From Methylovulum sp. (GTDB taxonomy: Bacteria; Pseudomonadota; Gammaproteobacteria; Methylococcales; Methylomonadaceae), in NCBI RefSeq assembly GCF_028687615.1, contig NZ_JAQTZU010000004.1, positions 4,293-68,292 on the forward strand: a stretch of DNA of 64,000 bases, in the 5' to 3' direction. A program made the position numbers and the translations under genes. Shown here one piece after another: positions 17,481 to 24,501 of the stretch; position 1 is the stretch's first letter; each line of letters starts with the position of its first letter. Under the pieces are notes generated by a model that was given only the letters and a program-made list of their open reading frames with translations, ran no database searches and had not been told where the DNA came from.

Positions 17481-20102
17481 CTAAAACATCACGCTCCAGG
17501 TTGCCGACAACGCCCCTTCCCTTTCCAGTTGATAGCCGTTGACATCGTCTTCAATGGGTTGCAGCCATTCCACTCCTAAACTATTGCCTTTTAAATCACC
17601 CGAAGGGACAGTGAAATTGAGACCTAAACCTAAATCCCAATAACGCCCGCCGTAATTGCCGCCAAAATCCATAGGCCCAGAACTGAAATTGGCTTTTGAT
17701 CCCGGATTGACATTATTGACCAGCACATTGTCGACTACACCCGCCACCCGGTTGAATCTGCCGTCAATTTTGCCCTGCACGGTATAAATGCCCCGGACGG
17801 AAGCGGATAACCAGTTTGTCAAATGGTAATTTCCCCATGCCGTACCCTGAAACATATCGCCCAAGGCATAGCCGGAATCGTTTTTGCTTTCAAGGCGGTT
17901 GGTCGCACTGAATTGCGCCCCCCATGACCAATCATCCAACATACCTGTGTACGTCAAGCTGGGTTTAAAATCCCATGTGCCACTGCCAAGCTGCATACCG
18001 TAATGCAGCAAACCTTTATCATCACCGTGCATGGCTCTGAGTTTGATGTCAACATCCCCGGTAGGCGCACTTAAACCCAAGGTGGCATGGACATGATGAT
18101 TACCTGTGTCAAACAATTTAAACAGCGCGTACATGCCGGTGTCGCCGACCCCGCCAGTGCGATGCCCGCCGTGCAAATGGTCTTGGAAAGCATTGTAGGA
18201 GACACCTTCCAATAAACGTAAATCCATGTCCATGTCCATAAACTGCGGCATGAGCATCAGGTTCAGCCAGTCGGTAGGGGCGTACATGATGTCCAGCATG
18301 TGCATACTCATATCCATATAGGTCGGCGTAACCCGGCAGTGTTTGGTGAAAGCCTGCAAACAACCGTTGTTCCTGATGGTTTGATCCGTAACGGCCTGGA
18401 TGCCGTGTAGCGTATCCCCTGCCTGACGGCTGTACATATATCGGTAACCGAGCATGACATCGTTGGCTTGATCAAGCATGTGCCCAAACATAACACCCGC
18501 CGGGCCGTGGCTGCCGTGGTGCTTGCCATGATGGGCATGGCTATGGCCGGATTGGCTACCGCCCGTGTTTAAAGCGGCAAGATTGACGTTTAAGGCGGCA
18601 TTCGCCAGGTAATAATCAAAATCGCTATAACTGCCTTCGCCACCACCGCCCATTTTTAAAGCACCGGCATGGGTATAGTATTCAAAGCCCGCCTCAATAC
18701 TGACTGCTTTGGATAATTTTTTGTTGATGGTCACGCCGCCGCTTAAGGCACCAAACGCCGACAGACGTTGGTCACTGGAGAAATTGGCGGGCAATGTGCC
18801 GGGGTCGGCGAGGGCTTTGGCATAAGTCTGCTTGGAAATTAAATAAGGGTGATAAAAATCAGCGGCATCTTGGGAGTAATAACGGATTTTTGGTGTTATC
18901 GTCCAGCTTGGGCCGACAGCTTGCACCCAATCCGCTTCAAAGGTGTGGGCGTTGATACCCCAATCATCGTGAAAAAAGCGATAATCAAGATGTAATGCCG
19001 CATCGGCAAAAGCAATGTGCTGGATAAAACGGCTGCCTACCGTCAATTGGTTGCGCTCGTTAGGACGCTGCTCCAGAAATGCCCTGACATCACCGACAAT
19101 GGAATTAGGATGATCTGGGTCCGTACCTAATGTTGCCGGATCGGCAAAGACAATAGTCATCACTTTGTAAGGATTTTCCAAATAACCGGTGCTGCGTGTG
19201 TAAGCAACACTGGTTTGGACTAAAGCACTCTTATTCAACACTTGCGTCAAGCCCAAACTGGTCGCCCAATCTTGGCGGTTGCCGTGCAATATCTGCATAG
19301 TGCCACTTTTTTCAATCTGTTGGGCAAATGCCTTTTTAGTGATGTAGGTTTCAGCATCATGATCCAGGATCGCCGAGTTATCGCTATTGGTATAACTCAA
19401 GCCCATATCCAAGGTCGTGCGTTTTTGGTTAAAATCCAAGCGACCGCTTAAATTACCAAAACGTGATTCATAATCATGTTCCACAGATAGGCCGCCGCCT
19501 ATTTTGATGGCGGCTTCATCCCATTCATAACCCAAAGTGAAATCACCTTGTTTGCGTGTTTCAGGCGAAGCCATCGATAAAACATGCACAGGTTGTGCAG
19601 TTCTAAACAATTTTTTTCCTGGTACGGTTTTATCGTAAATGAGGATCGGGACAAACTTTTGGGTCAAGAACATCCGGGCGTTATTGATATAAGGCGACGC
19701 CCCCGTGATAATTGTTTCATTGTTTGCCGTATTCGCCTTAATCGCACGGTTGCCATTGGCTGCCAATGGTGCCGTGGTAATCGGCGTCGCCCCCGACCAA
19801 GTGTCCTGGATGTAATTAAAAGCAAATTTGATACGGTCAGACAAGCTGACACGCGCTTTCCCCACCACGCTTTCAACTTCGATGGGATTTTTGTTGTTCA
19901 GTACGTTGTATAAATTACGCTTGCCTTCTTCATAATGGCTGTATTGGAAATTGACTTCGTCATCTTCAGCCGCACCCGCCGCAGGCAAAATCAGTCCAGG
20001 TAAGGCCAAAGCCGCAAGCGTCAGGGCTTGAAGCGCAGGATTGGATTTAATAACAGCCACAACCGCCTCCACTGGCAGAACTGCTGGCAGACTCCGCTTC
20101 AC
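17481..20102 (-). CDS. Secreted DUF3570-like protein fused to a second outer-membrane beta-barrel (MetA-pathway/transporter-like), joined by His- and Met-rich tracts
   Basis: 873-aa ORF with a signal-like N-terminus (ALQALTLAALALPGLILPAAGAAE). It contains the DTWSGAT motif, a His-rich tract GHSHAHHGKHHGSHG and a Met-rich tract MDMSMHMLDIM..MLMPQFMDMDMD. The C-terminal barrel carries GVGDTGMY..LGLSAPTGD..LGSGTW and ends in WSVMF. The start is uncertain because it overlaps the upstream gene by 56 nt. Confidence 0.65.
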   Translation of the reverse strand: MKRSLPAVLPVEAVVAVIKSNPALQALTLAALALPGLILPAAGAAEDDEVNFQYSHYEEGKRNLYNVLNNKNPIEVESVVGKARVSLSDRIKFAFNYIQDTWSGATPITTAPLAANGNRAIKANTANNETIITGASPYINNARMFLTQKFVPILIYDKTVPGKKLFRTAQPVHVLSMASPETRKQGDFTLGYEWDEAAIKIGGGLSVEHDYESRFGNLSGRLDFNQKRTTLDMGLSYTNSDNSAILDHDAETYITKKAFAQQIEKSGTMQILHGNRQDWATSLGLTQVLNKSALVQTSVAYTRSTGYLENPYKVMTIVFADPATLGTDPDHPNSIVGDVRAFLEQRPNERNQLTVGSRFIQHIAFADAALHLDYRFFHDDWGINAHTFEADWVQAVGPSWTITPKIRYYSQDAADFYHPYLISKQTYAKALADPGTLPANFSSDQRLSAFGALSGGVTINKKLSKAVSIEAGFEYYTHAGALKMGGGGEGSYSDFDYYLANAALNVNLAALNTGGSQSGHSHAHHGKHHGSHGPAGVMFGHMLDQANDVMLGYRYMYSRQAGDTLHGIQAVTDQTIRNNGCLQAFTKHCRVTPTYMDMSMHMLDIMYAPTDWLNLMLMPQFMDMDMDLRLLEGVSYNAFQDHLHGGHRTGGVGDTGMYALFKLFDTGNHHVHATLGLSAPTGDVDIKLRAMHGDDKGLLHYGMQLGSGTWDFKPSLTYTGMLDDWSWGAQFSATNRLESKNDSGYALGDMFQGTAWGNYHLTNWLSASVRGIYTVQGKIDGRFNRVAGVVDNVLVNNVNPGSKANFSSGPMDFGGNYGGRYWDLGLGLNFTVPSGDLKGNSLGVEWLQPIEDDVNGYQLEREGALSATWSVMF

Positions 20103-20271
20103 GGCTACTGTGCGTATGTTCGCTCAAAGTATCTTGCATGGGGGTAGGCGCAGTCGCCATAGAGGGTTTGGCAAGTATCCCGCGTTGCCAAGGTGATACG
20201 GGGACGCAGGCTGACAGGGTAATGGCCGACACTATCAAGGCCACTAAGGTTGGGCGTGGTTTTGTACTCAT
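20047..20271 (-). CDS. DUF4266-like small lipoprotein
   Basis: 74-aa ORF with lipobox LSAC and the characteristic C-terminal GGGCGCY. Confidence 0.7.
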   Translation of the reverse strand: MSTKPRPTLVALIVSAITLSACVPVSPWQRGILAKPSMATAPTPMQDTLSEHTHSSREAESASSSASGGGCGCY

Positions 20272-20286
20272 TGTTGCGATTCCCTG

Positions 20287-20790
20287 TTAGGGTCCGGCCA
20301 GTAACTTGTCAACCAAACTTTTTAATTCTTCTGCTTCCCCACTTTTAAAGCCCAGATGCACATGACGCACCACGCCTTTTTGATCGATCAGGTAAGAAGA
20401 AGGCATTGCTTGTACAGCAAACTTTTCGGCACATTGCCCGTTAGCATCAGCGACAATAGTAAAACCAACCGGATATTTGGCAAGAAAATTCTGGGCATCT
20501 TCGGCGTTTTCATCCATATTCACCCCAATGACTTGCAAACCACGACCTTTAAGCCCGCTATTTAAGCTGTCCAAAAAGGGGAAAGACTTGGCGCAAGGGC
20601 CGCACCAGGAAGCCCAAAAATCAATATACAAGACTTTGCCTTGAAATTGTTTAAGCGATTGCGGTTCGGCATCGGGGAAAGATTTGAGCTGGCAATCAGG
20701 GGCTGTATCCCCAGGCTCTACGGCATGTGCCATTGGTATAAAAGAGACCACCAAGGCAAGAAATAGTAAAGAGAGGCTGCGTCTATTCAT
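20287..20790 (-). CDS. TlpA/ResA-family periplasmic thiol:disulfide oxidoreductase
   Basis: 167-aa ORF with a signal peptide and thioredoxin motif WASWCGPC. Confidence 0.9.
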   Translation of the reverse strand: MNRRSLSLLFLALVVSFIPMAHAVEPGDTAPDCQLKSFPDAEPQSLKQFQGKVLYIDFWASWCGPCAKSFPFLDSLNSGLKGRGLQVIGVNMDENAEDAQNFLAKYPVGFTIVADANGQCAEKFAVQAMPSSYLIDQKGVVRHVHLGFKSGEAEELKSLVDKLLAGP

Positions 20791-20869
20791 TTGCTGTTAT
20801 TTTTTTTATAAATGAAACACTTAGCCGAGAATACGCAAAAAGGCATTATCCTCGGCCAGAATTATTGGA

Positions 20870-21370
20870 TTATTGGTTTTGCACGATTTTGACGGCGATA
20901 CCTGTAAGTTTGCCTACGCTGCTATAGCAATTCACATTCATTTTGTAGTTTTCAACACCAACGGCCGTTTTATTGACCCTGACATCGTAGACACCATTGC
21001 CGCTATTGATAGATTTAACATATTTTTTAGTAATGGGATTGTAGATCATGCCAGTAGGTATCGCTGTCGGACTAGGGGCATTAGTGGCGTCCCCATCGAC
21101 AGCGTCTGTGGTGTTTGCCCCAAATACGCCTTTGACAGCTTGCACACTTATGAGAGGGGCGGCAACGGGCAATAAATCCAGCACATTGACTTTCAGATTA
21201 TAGGTATCGCCGTTGGCATTTTTAGAGCAAGTCACCCGGTAATAATCGGTTGTTCCTCTACCAGCCCCAAGAGCACCCGTTACAGAATTTGCCATTGTCG
21301 TATGGGCGTGGGTTACTAGCCCCGTCAACAGGATTGTTGCCAACGTATTTTTTAAGGTTGTTGTGTTCAT
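20870..21370 (-). CDS. Secreted protein of unknown function, paralog A
   Basis: 166-aa ORF with a signal peptide. It shares TG-LGA...DYY-V-C, V-KTAVG--NY----C and a C-terminal NQ with the neighbouring ORF. Two conserved Cys. Confidence 0.6.
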   Translation of the reverse strand: MNTTTLKNTLATILLTGLVTHAHTTMANSVTGALGAGRGTTDYYRVTCSKNANGDTYNLKVNVLDLLPVAAPLISVQAVKGVFGANTTDAVDGDATNAPSPTAIPTGMIYNPITKKYVKSINSGNGVYDVRVNKTAVGVENYKMNVNCYSSVGKLTGIAVKIVQNQ

Positions 21371-21395
21371 AAATTCCTCGACTATTTAATTGGCA

Positions 21396-21881
21396 TTACT
21401 GGTTAATGGTTTGGACTATATCTGTACCGGTATGCCCGCCATCGCTTGCTTCGCAATGGTATTGCAAAGAGTAATTTACTGCTCCAACCGCAGTTTTATC
21501 GACTGCCAGATAAAAAAAGCCATTGCCGCCTTTATAAATGATAGTCGGGCTAAAAGTGGCGTTGCCATTTGCCGCATCGGTGGTATTGGTTGCCGTCGCA
21601 GGCAAGGTGGTGCCGGTATTATCATCCCTGATGACTTGGATACTGAGTTTTGGGATCGTGGTTGAATTATTTCTGACCGCAACATAAATGCGGTTAGTAT
21701 CTCCAGACCCATCGCCAAAGTTGTAACAATGTACTTGATAGTAATCCATCGCGGTACTTGCCGCGCCTAAAGAACCGGTCAAATCATGGGCGAAGGCAAG
21801 GGTTGTTTGCCCTAAAGCCGTTAGCGCCAACAACGTGATCAAAACAGGATGTTTCTTCATTTTTTTCATAAAAGTCCTCAT
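21396..21881 (-). CDS. Secreted protein of unknown function, paralog B (predicted mature N-terminus His)
   Basis: 161-aa ORF. The signal peptide ends AFA followed by HDLTG. It is a paralog of 20870-21370. Confidence 0.6.
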   Translation of the reverse strand: MRTFMKKMKKHPVLITLLALTALGQTTLAFAHDLTGSLGAASTAMDYYQVHCYNFGDGSGDTNRIYVAVRNNSTTIPKLSIQVIRDDNTGTTLPATATNTTDAANGNATFSPTIIYKGGNGFFYLAVDKTAVGAVNYSLQYHCEASDGGHTGTDIVQTINQ

Positions 21882-21993
21882 AATTTAATTATTAGCGGCA
21901 AAGCTGTTCATAGTAGCGTGTTTTTAAGCCGATTGACGCAGATTATTCATCCTTAAATGTGACCATCAATTGTGCTTGTCCACAACCAACATC

Positions 21994-22791
21994 TCATTGG
22001 GTTTTCAGGGCCTCTAATTTGGACGCTGCATATAATCTTACCGTTTCATCGCCATCAACTAGTGCCTGTTGCAACAAATCAGGATGATGACCGGCACTAT
22101 CGACCACCATCAAGCGGACTGAAACGTCCTCATCTTGTAATGCGGATGCCAATCCGTCCGTAGCATCTGCGTCGTCATATTTAGACAAAGCGAACACCGC
22201 TTGCGCCCTGACCTCGGCAGAGGAATCTGATAAAGCCGACACCAAGGTTTTCCTAACTAACGGATCTTTATCGGGTGTTTGCACCGCCAGTGCGCCAATT
22301 GCATCTGCGCGGCTTCCAGGGTCATTAACTTGGGCCATCGCAAGCAATTTCCCCGTATCATTATTATTGGAAGCTTGCATTAAAAGCTTCTTATCCGCCT
22401 TATTTTTTAATGTCCCCTGTTTGCCGTCTTTAGCTGCCCCAAACACCCATATCTCTTCCAACACAGCAGGCTGTGCAGTAGCAGTTGCCTGTGCATAACG
22501 GAAAACCATATCAGCCTGTTTATCCAGCAGGCATTCAAGGAGTTGTTTTATATTTGATCCAGCACAAGCCACTGATACCGGCGCATCCGGCAAACCAGAA
22601 AAATGTATTATGACGCCGGTGTTTTTTGCTAGGGTATCAAGTACCTGTGCTAACGTTTTTTTTGACGCTTCAAGCTTAATCTGTTGGTCAGCATTGCTAT
22701 AAGCGGTCAAGCGGATAGCTTCATCGTCCGCCCTTATTGCCAACGACACTAGCAAACCTACGCATATCACCAAAACTTTGCTTATCAACAC
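21994..22791 (-). CDS. Periplasmic STN-like domain + HEAT-repeat protein
   Basis: 265-aa ORF with a signal peptide. The N-terminal module (LAQVLDTLAKNTGVIIHF...IKQLLECLL) looks like an STN (secretin/TonB N-terminal) domain. The C-terminus has HEAT-like repeats (DPLVRKTLVSALSD, SAEVRAQAVFALSK, DVSVRLMVVDSAG, DETVRLYAASKL). Confidence 0.7.
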   Translation of the reverse strand: MLISKVLVICVGLLVSLAIRADDEAIRLTAYSNADQQIKLEASKKTLAQVLDTLAKNTGVIIHFSGLPDAPVSVACAGSNIKQLLECLLDKQADMVFRYAQATATAQPAVLEEIWVFGAAKDGKQGTLKNKADKKLLMQASNNNDTGKLLAMAQVNDPGSRADAIGALAVQTPDKDPLVRKTLVSALSDSSAEVRAQAVFALSKYDDADATDGLASALQDEDVSVRLMVVDSAGHHPDLLQQALVDGDETVRLYAASKLEALKTQ

Positions 22792-22816
22792 ACCCAGTTA
22801 CCGAGTTTACATAAAT

Positions 22817-22844
22817 GAAAAACCACGAATCCGAAAATTCGTGG
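22817..22844 (-). terminator. Candidate intra-cluster rho-independent terminator/attenuator
   Basis: 8-bp stem CCACGAAT/ATTCGTGG with a 6-nt loop, followed on the minus strand by TTTTT. It lies between the stop at 22989 and the next start at 22791. Confidence 0.45.
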
Positions 22845-22988
22845 TCAAAAGCATAAAACAAGTTATTTATAGTGGCATAGAGGTTGATAACATAAGAATA
22901 ATTATCTAGCTGATACCAATTATTCCACAGCCATAATCAAATAACACACCAGAAGGCCAAAGCGAGGTTTAGTGTTACGTTATGATCT

Positions 22989-23912
22989 CTATCTTCTTGA
23001 AGGCCAATAGTGTTGTGGCGCACCGGCTGGTGCACGGCCACGCGGAATTGGCAAGTTGGCATCAATATCTGCATCCGCAGGCTCGATAGCCAAGTTATAA
23101 CCGTCACCGCAAGCAGGATCAAGTGGATTAGCTACCAAATCACGGCTAATGGTCATTGTAGGCCAGTAGAACAAACCCTTATCCATATCGGCTTGGCTAT
23201 AAGGCATGACTTGCGGATCATTGAATTTAGTTGTCATGTGACCAATCCAGACATCCATCCGGGCAGGATTAGTATCGTTGGCCTTGCCACTTAGACACCA
23301 GTTGGCGGCAGCTACACGCACTTTCAGGCTTTTTGCACAAGAAGTTGATGATTTTATAAAAGCAACTGGGCCAACATTGAACGGGCCATAGACAGAAGTA
23401 CTGGTCACTGATTCCCACATGGGCGCAGACGCATAAGGTATTGGGCCATTATGACTGAAAAAGCCTCTATTTAAAGGCGTGGCATGTTGACCAACCAACG
23501 TGTTTTTATCTATCACGGGAACAAAATTAGGGAAGATATTAGGTTGCACCAAACCCAAACCCAAGTTAATAAAACCTTTGCCTGGTACGACACCGGCAAT
23601 ATCTCCTGATAAATCAGGCAATTCCCCTATTTTAAGCCCAGTTGTCGGATCCAACTTAGTGACTACCGCCATCGCAGGATCTGCGGCATTTGGAAACAGC
23701 ACCGAAGATGCAATGACATCCAAGTGCTTGCCTGAAGTATCTTCATTACCGCTACAGCCATGAGTAATATTGAGTGCATTAAAAGACAGTTGGTTTTCCA
23801 CAACGGCATTTCTGATACCCGTGTGCGCCAGTACGTTTTGGGCGGCAACCGAAACCAATATTGCGCCTGAAATCAGTGCCAGTTTTTTCGCCAGTGTTTG
23901 TTTTTTCATCAA
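22989..23912 (-). CDS. Secreted YcnI/DUF1775-like protein (predicted mature N-terminal His), extended C-terminal region
   Basis: 307-aa ORF. The signal peptide ends NVLA followed by HTGIRN. An H-x20-THGC-SG module resembles the proteobacterial YcnI pattern (N-terminal H ... PHGC-G). Assignment is by motif only. Confidence 0.55.
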   Translation of the reverse strand: MMKKQTLAKKLALISGAILVSVAAQNVLAHTGIRNAVVENQLSFNALNITHGCSGNEDTSGKHLDVIASSVLFPNAADPAMAVVTKLDPTTGLKIGELPDLSGDIAGVVPGKGFINLGLGLVQPNIFPNFVPVIDKNTLVGQHATPLNRGFFSHNGPIPYASAPMWESVTSTSVYGPFNVGPVAFIKSSTSCAKSLKVRVAAANWCLSGKANDTNPARMDVWIGHMTTKFNDPQVMPYSQADMDKGLFYWPTMTISRDLVANPLDPACGDGYNLAIEPADADIDANLPIPRGRAPAGAPQHYWPSRR

Positions 23913-23994
23913 GTCCTCCTGTGGACATTATTAGTTTTAAAAGCAAATCAAGAAAATGATTAGAACCTGCCCTAGATTTACATTAACTAAAGAG

Positions 23995-24010
23995 AGCAGT
24001 ATGTATGCCA
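23995..24010 (-). promoter_or_regulatory. Candidate sigma-54 promoter (TGGCAT-N5-CTGCT)
   Basis: The minus strand reads TGGCATACATACTGCT, with GG and GC at the correct -24/-12 spacing. It lies about 85-100 nt upstream of the ATG at 23912. Confidence 0.35.
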
Positions 24011-24405
24011 CTTTCTTATATAAAGATTTCAAACTAATATGAATAGCAACACATTGAATTATATATTTTAAAAATTTTATTCAAGAAAAAATAACTTATA
24101 AAAAGCAGGGGATTACCATCTTTTTGGAACCCATTCCCTTCCTTAAAATTAACGGAGAAATGCCTGAAACCGCCGCTTTAAAAGAAAAACGTGTGAAATG
24201 CCGCAGATTTATTTTTTTGGCTTTAATTAAGCCTATGTTTTTATTAAATATAATAGAAACAGCGTCAAATGACACAATTAAATACGTTAAATAACATAGT
24301 TTAATTATATTTATAACGACGTGTTGGTATCCAGCTTCCATCTAACAACCGTGTTCCATTGCCCGGTTCGCCCAACTGACAACGCCATTACCGTTAAGCC
24401 AAAAC

Positions 24406-24446
24406 AAAAAAGGCCGGAAACACAAATTCTCTTTGTATTTCCGGCC
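24406..24446 (-). terminator. secA rho-independent terminator
   Basis: 14-bp stem with one mismatch (24412-24426 / 24432-24446) and a 5-nt loop, followed on the minus strand by a T6 run. It lies 56 nt after the secA stop. Confidence 0.7.
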
Positions 24447-24501
24447 CTTGAGCTGACTAAATGGCTACCTACCTGCCATAGCCCATCATTGTAATGATAA
24501 A

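Noticed and set aside
21269-21289. Flavinylation-like N-S-V-T-G-A-L in secreted paralog A (and DLTGSL in paralog B).
   Set aside because: The acceptor position is Leu rather than Thr/Ser, and in paralog B the spacing to the Asp is wrong. Only the DTWSGAT site in the DUF3570-like protein fits the consensus.
24096-24341. 81-aa ORF in the AT-rich region upstream of the secreted-protein cluster.
   Set aside because: The Ile/Lys/Phe/Asn-rich product is what random AT-rich DNA yields. There is no RBS or motif.
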